Shown here piece by piece: positions 46,692 to 55,863 of a stretch of 64,000 nt of DNA. Under the pieces are notes generated by a model, which was not told where the DNA came from, ran no database searches, and worked only from the letters and a program-made list of their open reading frames with translations. The stretch lies in the IMG/VR virus record IMGVR_UViG_3300029286_001711. One strand, given 5' to 3'. The translations under genes and the position numbers were made by a program. Position 1 is the stretch's first letter. Each line of letters begins with the position of its first letter. The stretch comes from a virus (lineage: Duplodnaviria; Caudoviricetes).

Positions 46692-49232
46692 CTAATCTCT
46701 ACGTTTTTTATTACGTAACATTCTGAAATCTTCAGAATCCAAATCACCACTATCATTCATATCCAATTTATATTGGTTACCAACAAGTTTACCCTTTTTT
46801 CTAGCTTTCGGAGAAGGTTCTTCACCTGGCGTAATGTACGGCGGTGGTGTAAACGGTCTCTTAGACGGGTTTGGTCTGTCAGTATCTGGTTTTCCAGGTT
46901 TTGTTGTTGGAGCCGGTGTTGTACTTGGTTTTGATGGTGCTGTCTTTGGACTCATAGGGTTAAATCTTCTATTGTTTAATGGTAAATTATCGTCATTATC
47001 TGACATATAATCAAGGCCATTTCTTTCTCTATAGTTGTATTTAAAATCCCCATTATTATTAATATTAGTTATATCACGATTAACATCACCACTAACCCTA
47101 CCAGTACCAGCACATGCTATACAAGTATTTGGTCTAGTGCTGAATCCGATTTTTTTCTCTTGGCCAGTACCGTTACATATTGGACAAGTATCGTCATCTT
47201 CCATATAACCCATACTCTCGTTTGAACCATAATCATCTGCCATATAGTCCATATAATCCTCTTCAAACTCATCTTCATATTCTGCCTTTGGAGAAGGTTC
47301 TTCACCTGGCGTAATATATGGTGGAGGTGTAAAAGGACGTTTACTAGGGTTAGGTCTATCTGTATCTGGCTTTCCTGGTTTTGTTGTTGGAGCTGGAGTT
47401 GTGCTTGGTTTTGATGGTGCTGTTTTTGGCATCATACTTGGGACGTTATCGATATCCATCATATAGTCCGACATAAAATCTGTTTTAGATTTCACATACT
47501 CAACCATTTTACCTATCTCATCAAAATTAAAATATTTTTTCTTAGAACCACCTTTTTCAACAGTAAAATTATTACGGTCAATACGAATAAAATAGTTATC
47601 ACCTACAAGATGATCATCATCAATATCAACATCACCACCTAATTTACCTTTAACATAACGTAAAAGTTTGTCAACGTGACCTTCATCGTATCCACCCTTC
47701 ATTTTATTAACGGTTCCTTGAATGTTCATGTAATCTGTCATGTTATCAATATCTTCAACACCATCAGCGGTATAATTACCGTATAAATCTTCATCCCTAT
47801 CGTCCATATAATCTTTATTAACTTCACTATACGGGTAGGTATCATCAGACATCCAATCTTCTTCAAAATCAGGATAACCGCTTGTTTCGGTTTCATATTC
47901 ATCATAAGGTAATTCCTCATCAAAAAGTAATTGACCATCGATGTCTTCATCACCACCGATATTTGGGTTGTCTTCTCTCATCCAATCAGTCATGAAATCC
48001 TCATCTGGGTCATCATAGTCTAAACCAGAATTACCAACATAAACCTCTTCATCAACGTCAACCTCTTCTGGCGAAAACATCATATACTGATTTTCACCAG
48101 TTCTTCTATAAGAATTATCTTCATCATCAACGTTATAATTATTGGTCTCCCAATCCATCATAGGTTTTTCATTATCACCAGGATAAACATCAACATCAAC
48201 ATCTCCACCACCATAAGTTGTAGAAACAAGACCTTGTTTTTCTTCGTCAGATAAACTATTCCAATCTAAAGTTGTGTCATCAGTAACACCAGTGCCACCA
48301 CAATTTACACAACCTTCCATTTCGTCATCATAACCACTTCCTTGACAACCTGGACAATCATCGTCACCCATGTAATCCTTATCAGTTTCACCATATAAAT
48401 CACTAGCAGTTAATATATTAGATGACCCACTATCGTCACCCATGAAATCAAATTCCTCATCGGAACCTTCATCTTCTTTTTTCTTAACCGCACGAATAAT
48501 ATCTTTTTTATCTTCACTATCCATAGATTCTAAATCTAAGGCTGAAATAATACTCTTAGCAACCCACTTCATTGTATCTGAAGATAAGTCTTCAGTGTCT
48601 CTAATTTTCTGACCTAATTTACCAGTCATTTTTTGAATACTTTTAATAGGATCATCTTCATCACTTAAGTCTTCATCACCTAAAGTCATATTCTCATCTG
48701 AATCACCTTTTCCAAAATCAAAATCAGGGGCCTTATCTTCACCAGTATCACCGAAATCAAAATCAGGAGCCTTATCTTCACCAGTGTTTCCAAAATCAAA
48801 ATCAGGAGCCTTATCTTCACCAGTGTTTCCAAAATCAAAATCAGGGGTTGAAGATGGTTCAGATTTCTTTTTCGATTTAAGAACAAATCTCTTTTCCTCG
48901 ATTATATCTGAAGAAAGGATATCAGTACCTTTTTCTACGTTGAAAGTTTTGTTTAAATCTTCAAACATAAAATTAAGTTCTCTTACCGCTTCTTCATATG
49001 AATGGTATTGGTATTTTGGTTTATTAGCGACACCGCCGATAAAATCAAAATTCTTACCATCATTAGATTCTTTAATGAAATATTTTCTATTTTCTCTTAC
49101 AATACCGTAAGCTTTCCCATCTGGTGATTTTTTCACCAATTCTACGGCTGAATTTGATATACTCTCATTAACAGGTGTTTTACCCATCAATTCTCTCATT
49201 CGTTGTAAGTTTTTATTTGTTAGATTACTCAT
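46692..49232 (-). CDS. Large acidic, repeat-rich putative internal head protein
   Basis: 846 aa with a PVNES leader, DFDFG repeats, two DnaJ-type CxxCxGxG pairs, a duplicated Pro-rich block and a C-terminal EF-hand-like loop. Confidence 0.75.
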   Translation of the reverse strand: MSNLTNKNLQRMRELMGKTPVNESISNSAVELVKKSPDGKAYGIVRENRKYFIKESNDGKNFDFIGGVANKPKYQYHSYEEAVRELNFMFEDLNKTFNVEKGTDILSSDIIEEKRFVLKSKKKSEPSSTPDFDFGNTGEDKAPDFDFGNTGEDKAPDFDFGDTGEDKAPDFDFGKGDSDENMTLGDEDLSDEDDPIKSIQKMTGKLGQKIRDTEDLSSDTMKWVAKSIISALDLESMDSEDKKDIIRAVKKKEDEGSDEEFDFMGDDSGSSNILTASDLYGETDKDYMGDDDCPGCQGSGYDDEMEGCVNCGGTGVTDDTTLDWNSLSDEEKQGLVSTTYGGGDVDVDVYPGDNEKPMMDWETNNYNVDDEDNSYRRTGENQYMMFSPEEVDVDEEVYVGNSGLDYDDPDEDFMTDWMREDNPNIGGDEDIDGQLLFDEELPYDEYETETSGYPDFEEDWMSDDTYPYSEVNKDYMDDRDEDLYGNYTADGVEDIDNMTDYMNIQGTVNKMKGGYDEGHVDKLLRYVKGKLGGDVDIDDDHLVGDNYFIRIDRNNFTVEKGGSKKKYFNFDEIGKMVEYVKSKTDFMSDYMMDIDNVPSMMPKTAPSKPSTTPAPTTKPGKPDTDRPNPSKRPFTPPPYITPGEEPSPKAEYEDEFEEDYMDYMADDYGSNESMGYMEDDDTCPICNGTGQEKKIGFSTRPNTCIACAGTGRVSGDVNRDITNINNNGDFKYNYRERNGLDYMSDNDDNLPLNNRRFNPMSPKTAPSKPSTTPAPTTKPGKPDTDRPNPSKRPFTPPPYITPGEEPSPKARKKGKLVGNQYKLDMNDSGDLDSEDFRMLRNKKRRD
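46804..47429 (-). repeat. Two copies (46804-46949 and 47284-47429) of a 146-nt segment encoding an identical 49-aa Pro-rich peptide
   Basis: Direct comparison; the copies are 480 nt apart. Confidence 0.95.
48711..48846 (-). repeat. About 3.5 tandem 39-nt repeats encoding PDFDFG(N/D)TGEDKA
   Basis: aaaatcaaaatcaggagccttatcttcaccagtgtttcc unit. Confidence 0.93.
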
Positions 49233-49244
49233 ATTTTATAGTTT

Positions 49245-49541
49245 TTATTTAATTGAAAATGTTCCAGTTGAATTACCTGGATCGTTTGATAATGGGTTTT
49301 CCCATACCCCTATTGATGTTCCACTAGTAGCTCCAAATCTCTTTCTTCCGATTAGAAATGCCGCACCACTAATTAAACCACCATTACTAACACCAACTGG
49401 TATTATAACTGGTGCTGCCATAGCTGGTAATATTACATCATTAATTGTTACAGCAATCCCGTTGGGGACTAAGACAGCGTGATAATCATAACTTGTATAA
49501 TTAGCTGATGCTACTGCGTGAATTACTTCTCCTGTTACCAT
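49245..49541 (-). CDS. Small putative structural protein
   Basis: Late element at 49558-49565, embedded in the end of the upstream gene. Confidence 0.65.
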   Translation of the reverse strand: MVTGEVIHAVASANYTSYDYHAVLVPNGIAVTINDVILPAMAAPVIIPVGVSNGGLISGAAFLIGRKRFGATSGTSIGVWENPLSNDPGNSTGTFSIK

Positions 49542-50341
49542 TTTAAAATGTTTTTATATAAATATCTGTTATGTTCCAATGTTACTGATTTATCGTAAGC
49601 AACTGTTTTAATGTCAGAAAGTCTATCTAACATACCGTTACGTCTTAAAACTTTGAATACCATGTTCTCTACTGAAAACTCACCATTAGCATCTAAACCA
49701 GCTTGACGCATTTTTTTAATTTTATCTTTAATTTTGTCAGATTTCTCAACTACAGAATCGTAATTCTTAGAATCTTTCATTTCATGAAAAAGATCATCAA
49801 TAGCATCCATAATACGTTCTGATTTTAATTTAACGTTTATGTTATCGATTTTAATTGGTTTTTTCTCTGGTTGAACTACCCATTCATTTCTTAATATAGA
49901 ATAAACACCAGTAGATACGTGTTCTTCTTTGATGTCTTGTACATATATTTCAATATCAAAGCCATAAATTTTTATATCATGAGAATCGTTCCAAGCTGTG
50001 CTTTTAGTTTTTAAAAAGTCTTGAATTAAAGTCTCATCAACGGGAACCTCTGTATAATCAATAAGGATATGTAAATCTACATCGGAGTATTTAGACCAAT
50101 TATAATTAGCCAAACTTCCTGTTAAACAAATATCTTCGATATCAACCCCAGGAAGTTCCAATCCTTCAAAATAATCATCAGCAATTTTAAGTAAGGTCTT
50201 TCTAACTTCTGGTTGTAATTTTTGGTTCTCATCCCAGATTTTTGGGTTTAAGGCATCTTGCATTTTAAAACCAGTTAAATCTATCGACCTATCACTTTTA
50301 CCGACTTTCTTTACTTCTTTTATTTTTACCTTTTCTTTCAT
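49535..50341 (-). CDS. Pol-beta-superfamily nucleotidyltransferase
   Basis: LTGSLANYNWSKYSDVDLHIL (GS...DxD) and DIEIYVQD. Confidence 0.8.
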   Translation of the reverse strand: MKEKVKIKEVKKVGKSDRSIDLTGFKMQDALNPKIWDENQKLQPEVRKTLLKIADDYFEGLELPGVDIEDICLTGSLANYNWSKYSDVDLHILIDYTEVPVDETLIQDFLKTKSTAWNDSHDIKIYGFDIEIYVQDIKEEHVSTGVYSILRNEWVVQPEKKPIKIDNINVKLKSERIMDAIDDLFHEMKDSKNYDSVVEKSDKIKDKIKKMRQAGLDANGEFSVENMVFKVLRRNGMLDRLSDIKTVAYDKSVTLEHNRYLYKNILKW

Positions 50342-50348
50342 CTACATT

Positions 50349-50369
50349 ATAAATATTCATGATATTTAT
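50349..50369. promoter_or_regulatory. Back-to-back late elements ATAAATAT-tcatg-ATATTTAT
   Basis: Between divergent genes 50341(-) and 50378(+). Confidence 0.75.
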
Positions 50370-50377
50370 TAAAAAGA

Positions 50378-50710
50378 ATGAGAAAAAAGATTATTTTAAA
50401 AGAACATCAAATTAAGAAACTTATTGAAGCCAGAATTAATGATTTCAATGTAGAAGATATTGCTAAACGCCTAGAATCAATTGATTGTTCAGGTGAGGAT
50501 TTAAAGTATTTAGTTACAAATATTCTTAAAAAATACGGATATGAGGGTGTTAAAGTCCTTTTCTTAGGACATGATGAACAAACAAAAGACCTCCGATATG
50601 TTGCTTATACCGAAGGCCCAATATTTGTTTATAAAACTAAATCAGAAGTTAGTCCTGAAGACAGACCTTGTCTTACTGTTTACGAAGTAAAAGTATTCCA
50701 ACAAATCTAA
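50378..50710 (+). CDS. Putative head-associated hypothetical protein
   Basis: Leader MRKKIILKEHQIKKLIEARINDF. Confidence 0.7.
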   Translation: MRKKIILKEHQIKKLIEARINDFNVEDIAKRLESIDCSGEDLKYLVTNILKKYGYEGVKVLFLGHDEQTKDLRYVAYTEGPIFVYKTKSEVSPEDRPCLTVYEVKVFQQI

Positions 50711-51882
50711 TTACTTAATGGAAAATAAATCTTAGGGTGTGATTGATAATCATACAACTGCAGATCTTCTTCCATTAAACACTTACAAAAGTTATCATCT
50801 GAAAAACTTCTCAACACTGCTTGAGCATCAATAGGACCCACTCCACACTCACCTGATTCTGTAGGCCACCATTCCGTGTTAATGTTTAGCTTAGGTAGTG
50901 GGTATGGTTCTCTGCTTATTTGTTCTTTTACTCCATCTACATGGTTATTATAAATGTGCACATCTCCAAGATTACAGATAAGCTCATCAGGAATCATATT
51001 TACCATCTTACCTAACAGTTCTAATAACAATCCATAAGAAGCTACATTAAATGGCCACCCAAGTGCTGTATCTACTGAACGTTGATTCCAACTTAAAGAG
51101 ATTGCTCTACTTGGGATATTAAAATTGTCGTATTCAAACATATCCTCTTCTTCAGTACTTTCAACCCAAACACCATCTAACATTTTCTGAAATTTATGGG
51201 GTTTCATTTGATTGAATCTATTTGAATATAAATCCCATCTTTCTTCTCTACTCAACTCTCTTGTATAAACTTGAAATCCATAATGACAAGGTGGTAAAAC
51301 CATATGATGTAATTCACCAACATTCCAAGCATTAACCATTAATCTCCTACTATCGGGATTTTGTTTTAAATCAGTAATAAGTTGTTGGATTTGGTCTATT
51401 GTTTGAGTGTTGTATTTTTGACCACCGTAGTTAACTATTTCATTTTCCCAACGTCTCCATTGTTTACCGTAGATAGGACCTAAATCCCCCCACTCTTTAG
51501 CAAATTCATCGTGATTTTTGATGTTGAGTATAAACTCATCTAAACTCATTAATCTGTTGTGACTACCTGTTATTGGATTAAAAATTTCTTTGTAATATCT
51601 TTTTTCGAAATTTTTATAACAATCACCATCCCAAATGTGACAGTTATTATCAACTAGGTATTTGATGTTGGTGTCTCCTCTGAGAAACCATAGTAGTTCG
51701 GTGACAATCGCTTTAAAAGCCATTCGCTTGGTGGTGAGTAAAGGAAATCCGTCCCGAAAATCATGTCGGAGTTGTCTTCCAAATACTGAAATTGTTCCTG
51801 TTCCTGTTCTGTCAGTTTTTTGTTTTCCATTGTCTAAAATATCTTGAAGTAGTTCCTTATATTGTTTGTCGAGGTTGTTCAT
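50707..51882 (-). CDS. thyA: Thymidylate synthase
   Basis: DRTGTGT, GFPLLTTK, ELLWFL, LGPIYGKQWR, LPPCH, QRSVD..PFN, LGDVHIY. Confidence 0.98.
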   Translation of the reverse strand: MNNLDKQYKELLQDILDNGKQKTDRTGTGTISVFGRQLRHDFRDGFPLLTTKRMAFKAIVTELLWFLRGDTNIKYLVDNNCHIWDGDCYKNFEKRYYKEIFNPITGSHNRLMSLDEFILNIKNHDEFAKEWGDLGPIYGKQWRRWENEIVNYGGQKYNTQTIDQIQQLITDLKQNPDSRRLMVNAWNVGELHHMVLPPCHYGFQVYTRELSREERWDLYSNRFNQMKPHKFQKMLDGVWVESTEEEDMFEYDNFNIPSRAISLSWNQRSVDTALGWPFNVASYGLLLELLGKMVNMIPDELICNLGDVHIYNNHVDGVKEQISREPYPLPKLNINTEWWPTESGECGVGPIDAQAVLRSFSDDNFCKCLMEEDLQLYDYQSHPKIYFPLSN

Positions 51883-52174
51883 TTTTCTTATTTATAATTT
51901 CGTTTAACCTATTAACCTTTTCTGATGTATCAACATCGTCATTCTTTTTGGTTTGATACTTTTTAATGTGTTTACTAAAGACAGAACCTTGTGATTCAGC
52001 AATTTCAAATCTAATATAACTCTTATGGTCTATATTAGAATAGGTGTATTGACGGCCTGCATTAAATGTAATGACCAAGTCCCTGCTTGCCTGATTATAT
52101 TCAGACGCAAGAATATTGGACGATTTAAAAAGACAGGAAACTATTCCATCTTTTTCTATTCTTTCAACTAACAT
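51857..52174 (-). CDS. KTSC-domain protein
   Basis: SSNILASEYN...LVITFNAGRQYTY...AESQGSVFSKHIK. Confidence 0.85.
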   Translation of the reverse strand: MLVERIEKDGIVSCLFKSSNILASEYNQASRDLVITFNAGRQYTYSNIDHKSYIRFEIAESQGSVFSKHIKKYQTKKNDDVDTSEKVNRLNEIINKKNEQPRQTI

Positions 52175-52380
52175 TAGTCTATGTAAGTTACCCAGTTCTT
52201 TATTGTACTTAAATGATGTACTTCAGTAATAATTTTTTCATCACCATGTATGGTTAGAATTAAGTAATCACCAGTAACAGTTACAGTTACACCGTTATAA
52301 TCGTTAGAGTAAACGGAGGCGTCAAATTCTTTTGCGTTTGGATTTTCTTTGAAGAAAATTGTAATTTTTTTATAATTCAT
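52174..52380 (-). CDS. Small hypothetical protein
   Basis: 68-aa ORF, coupled. Confidence 0.65.
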   Translation of the reverse strand: MNYKKITIFFKENPNAKEFDASVYSNDYNGVTVTVTGDYLILTIHGDEKIITEVHHLSTIKNWVTYID

Positions 52381-52416
52381 ATTAAAACTTAGTTATTTTT
52401 ATTCAGAAAGGGAATG

Positions 52417-52635
52417 TTATCTAACATTACACATCTTTCTTTTTATCTTATATATATTTTTTTTATATTCTACAATGTCTTCTTCAACTAAACGGTCAAA
52501 CTCAAAATTTTTACTAGATGTTGAACTAATATAAGCATAATAATCGTATCGTTCCTTAATCTTCTTATTCAATGAACAAATCTTCAATCTATAATATAAT
52601 ATTAGGGGATATTTTTTCATAAACTTTATTTTCAT
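52417..52635 (-). CDS. Hypothetical protein (likely start MKIKF at 52635)
   Basis: The longer ORF-track version overlaps the divergent clpC start. Confidence 0.4.
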   Translation of the reverse strand: MKIKFMKKYPLILYYRLKICSLNKKIKERYDYYAYISSTSSKNFEFDRLVEEDIVEYKKNIYKIKRKMCNVR

Positions 52636-52672
52636 ACAATAGTAAATATATTTTCTAAAAAAGAAATACCCT

Positions 52673-55198
52673 ATGAGTATGAAAAAAATGGTACCTAAAG
52701 TTAGATCAATTTTAAAGAATGCTTTCAGAGAATCCATTAGACTTGGTGACTCTAAAATTAAACCAGAACATATATTACTATCAGTATTTAGCGATAAAAC
52801 AAATGGTGCAACAGAAGTTCTAAAAGAAATGGGAACAAATGTTATGGAATTAACAGAAAAGTTAGAAGGTTACTTGAGACTTAAATTAAAAAACCCTATT
52901 ATTGTAGAAGTAAAGATAATTCCTCTTAGTGAATCTTCTAAAAACGCTTTAAGTTCCGCAGAACTGGAGTCTGATAAATTAAGAGACGATTTTATAGGTA
53001 TCGAACATTTAATGTTAGCAATCTTAAAGAATCGTTCACTAGATGGGACAAAAGTTTTAGGAAATCAGGGTATTACCTATAGAACATTTAAAGAAACTTT
53101 ATTACATTTAAAACAACAAAAAATAAATATGAATATGTCAGGAGATTTTGAAGAATTAGACGACTACGGTAAGAAGGCGAAGAAAGCCTCACAAGGTAAG
53201 TCAACCACACCAATTTTAGATAATTTTGGTAAAGATGTAACCAAACTTGCCGCAGAAGGCCATATAGATCCCATCATTGGTAGGTCTGATGAAATTGAAA
53301 GAGTTTCACAAATTCTTTCAAGACGTAAAAAGAACAACCCAATTCTCATTGGAGAACCAGGTGTTGGTAAAACAGCCATCGTTGAAGGATTGGCACTTAA
53401 AATTATCGAAAGGAAATGTCCACGTATCCTTTTTGACAAACGTGTAGTTAGTTTGGATTTAGCATCACTTGTTGCTGGAACCAAATATCGTGGACAGTTT
53501 GAAGAAAGAATGAAAGGTATCATGCAGGAACTTGAAAAAGCTGACGATGTTATCCTTTTCATTGATGAAATCCACACCATGGTTGGTGCTGGTAACGCTT
53601 CAGGTTCGTTAGACGCGTCTAACATTTTAAAACCAGCGTTAGCTCGTGGTGATATCCAATGTATTGGAGCCACAACTCTCGATGAATATCGTGAGAACAT
53701 CGAAAAAGATGGAGCGTTAGCAAGACGTTTCCAAATGGTTCTTGTTGAACCGCCTTCTAAAGAAGAAACACTTATTATCCTTGATAATATTAAAGGTAAG
53801 TATGAGGACCACCACAAAGTGAGTTACTCACGTGAGGCAGTTGAAGCTTGTGTTAAATTAGCTGACCGTTATATCACAGACCGTGAACAACCAGATAAGG
53901 CTATCGACATCATGGATGAAGTTGGGGCTAGAATGCAGGTTCACATTAAACCACCACAAGATATTCTCGATTTAGAAGAGAAGATTTCTGAAGTTGGAAA
54001 ACAAAAAATTGAAGTTGTTAAGGCTCAACGTTATGAAGACGCCGCAAAACTTCGTGACGACGAAAAACGTCTTCAAGATAATCTTGAACAAGCAACCGAA
54101 GATTGGGCAAAAAACCTTGATAAGGTAAGACCCGTAATTTCAGAAGAAGATGTAGCGAAAGTTGTATCTATGGTAACAGGTATCCCTGTAACTAAGGTTG
54201 GTCAAAGTGAGACAGAGAAACTTCTCGCAATGGATAAAGAAATCAAAGATAAAGTTATCGGTCAAGATGACGCTATCGGTAAAATAACTAAAGCGATTAA
54301 GAGAAATCGTGTTGGTATTAAAAACCAAAACAAACCAATTGGTTCATTTATGTTCCTTGGTCCGACTGGTGTGGGTAAAACACACTTAGCTAAGAAATTA
54401 GCTGAAAGTATTTTTGGTTCACCTGACTCTCTTGTTCGTGTTGATATGAGTGAGTTCATGGAGAAACACTCTGTATCTAAATTAATCGGGGCACCTCCAG
54501 GGTATGTAGGTTACGAAGAAGGTGGACAGTTAACTGAGAAAATCAGAAGAAAACCATATTCAGTAATCTTATTGGATGAAATCGAAAAGGCACATCCTGA
54601 CGTGTTTAACGTATTACTTCAAGTATTAGACGAAGGTCACTTGAGTGATGGTTTAGGTAGAAAGATTGATTTCAAGAACGCACTTATCATCATGACTTCT
54701 AATGTTGGAGCACGTAAACTTCAAGAGTTTGGAGCTGGTGTTGGATTTGGAACTAAATCTAAAACTGACGGTGTTGATGAAGCAGCTGAGTCTGTAATTC
54801 AAGATTCACTTAAAAAGACTTTCTCACCAGAGTTCTTAAATCGTCTTGATGATGTTATCATCTTCAAATCTTTAGATAAAGAAGATATTAAGAAAATTGT
54901 TGAAATTCCTCTTAATGAAGTAATCGAAAGAGTAAAAGAAATGGGTTATACCCTTAAGTTTGACGAGTCTCTTAAAGAGTATCTTGTTGAAAAAGGTTAC
55001 GACGAGAAATATGGAGCACGTCCTCTTAATAGAGCAATCCAAAAGTATGTTGAAGACCCAATCTCTGAAAAGGTGTTAGATGGTGGTATTACCGCGGGTG
55101 ATACGCTTACAATATCTTACGATACCAAAACGGAAGATGTAAAAATCGACATTAAAAAGCCTAAAGCTTCTAAGAAAAAAGAAGATAAAGGTAAGTAA
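52673..55198 (+). CDS. clpC: ClpC-type AAA+ chaperone/protease ATPase subunit
   Basis: Clp-N repeats, GEPGVGKT, LFIDEIH, UVR-like QRYEDAAKLRD, GPTGVGKT, LLDEIEKAHPDV, GARPL. Confidence 0.95.
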   Translation: MSMKKMVPKVRSILKNAFRESIRLGDSKIKPEHILLSVFSDKTNGATEVLKEMGTNVMELTEKLEGYLRLKLKNPIIVEVKIIPLSESSKNALSSAELESDKLRDDFIGIEHLMLAILKNRSLDGTKVLGNQGITYRTFKETLLHLKQQKINMNMSGDFEELDDYGKKAKKASQGKSTTPILDNFGKDVTKLAAEGHIDPIIGRSDEIERVSQILSRRKKNNPILIGEPGVGKTAIVEGLALKIIERKCPRILFDKRVVSLDLASLVAGTKYRGQFEERMKGIMQELEKADDVILFIDEIHTMVGAGNASGSLDASNILKPALARGDIQCIGATTLDEYRENIEKDGALARRFQMVLVEPPSKEETLIILDNIKGKYEDHHKVSYSREAVEACVKLADRYITDREQPDKAIDIMDEVGARMQVHIKPPQDILDLEEKISEVGKQKIEVVKAQRYEDAAKLRDDEKRLQDNLEQATEDWAKNLDKVRPVISEEDVAKVVSMVTGIPVTKVGQSETEKLLAMDKEIKDKVIGQDDAIGKITKAIKRNRVGIKNQNKPIGSFMFLGPTGVGKTHLAKKLAESIFGSPDSLVRVDMSEFMEKHSVSKLIGAPPGYVGYEEGGQLTEKIRRKPYSVILLDEIEKAHPDVFNVLLQVLDEGHLSDGLGRKIDFKNALIIMTSNVGARKLQEFGAGVGFGTKSKTDGVDEAAESVIQDSLKKTFSPEFLNRLDDVIIFKSLDKEDIKKIVEIPLNEVIERVKEMGYTLKFDESLKEYLVEKGYDEKYGARPLNRAIQKYVEDPISEKVLDGGITAGDTLTISYDTKTEDVKIDIKKPKASKKKEDKGK

Positions 55199-55202
55199 TA
55201 TT

Positions 55203-55228
55203 AAAACCCCTCTAATGAGGGGTTTTTT
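55203..55228 (+). terminator. Intrinsic terminator
   Basis: AAAACCCCTC-taat-GAGGGGTTTTTT. Confidence 0.9.
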
Positions 55229-55266
55229 GTTTCAAAATAATTCATTATCTTTATAAAAAATAAATT

Positions 55267-55863
55267 ATGGGAATATACGTTAGAAATCGAAAAACATTAG
55301 AGATGAAAAAAGTATCTCACACAAAATTCACAACTTTAATTGCAACATTTTTGGTTGTTTTTTTAATAACTTTAAGAATTGGTTATGGACTTGGATATGA
55401 TGTGGGTAAAAAAACTCAATTAAAAGAAAGTGATGTAGTCCTAATATTCAACGATTTAGAAAATACTAGTTTTACACCCAAAAAATTTTATGAATACTTA
55501 AAACAAGTTAATATTAAATTCCCAGAGATTATATTCGCTCAATCAATGAAAGAGTGTGGTTTTAAATCATCACTTTTTAAAAACAACAATAACCTTTTCG
55601 GAATGAGGGAGGCTAGTAGAAGACCTAATCTACAAAGTGATATCGTAAACGGTTATGGGTATTATGATAATTGGAAATTATCGGTAATTGATTATGCTTT
55701 ATATCAAGCCAACATAGGTGTTAATAAACTTAAAACCGAAGACCAATATTTAGAATTTATTAAGGAAATGGGGTATTTTGATGTTGACCACCCAAATAAT
55801 GTTACCTACCTATCTGACGTAAAATCTATCGCTAAAAATATTGAAAAATATATTAAAGAGTAG
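55267..55863 (+). CDS. Glucosaminidase (FlgJ/GH73-like) peptidoglycan hydrolase with an N-terminal TM segment
   Basis: AQSMKECG, NNLFGM, YxxW..SV.DY, MGY; hydrophobic segment at aa about 22-45. Confidence 0.7.
   Translation: MGIYVRNRKTLEMKKVSHTKFTTLIATFLVVFLITLRIGYGLGYDVGKKTQLKESDVVLIFNDLENTSFTPKKFYEYLKQVNIKFPEIIFAQSMKECGFKSSLFKNNNNLFGMREASRRPNLQSDIVNGYGYYDNWKLSVIDYALYQANIGVNKLKTEDQYLEFIKEMGYFDVDHPNNVTYLSDVKSIAKNIEKYIKE

Noticed and set aside
46830-46860. PPPY as a eukaryotic WW-domain 'late domain'
   Set aside because: The host is bacterial, and PPxY is expected by chance in a Pro-rich block
40521-48846. Tandem repeats as CRISPR arrays
   Set aside because: Units are 21 and 39 nt, in-frame, contiguous and without unique spacers: coding repeats
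42585-51882. Inteins or group I introns in terminase and thyA
   Set aside because: The ORFs are continuous with all motifs in order, and show no C/S...HN splice ends or LAGLIDADG/HNH motifs. The thyA insertions are short
52636-52737. 5' extension of ORF 52417-52737 as a TM protein
   Set aside because: It overlaps the divergent clpC start and promoter region; the ATG at 52635 is more plausible
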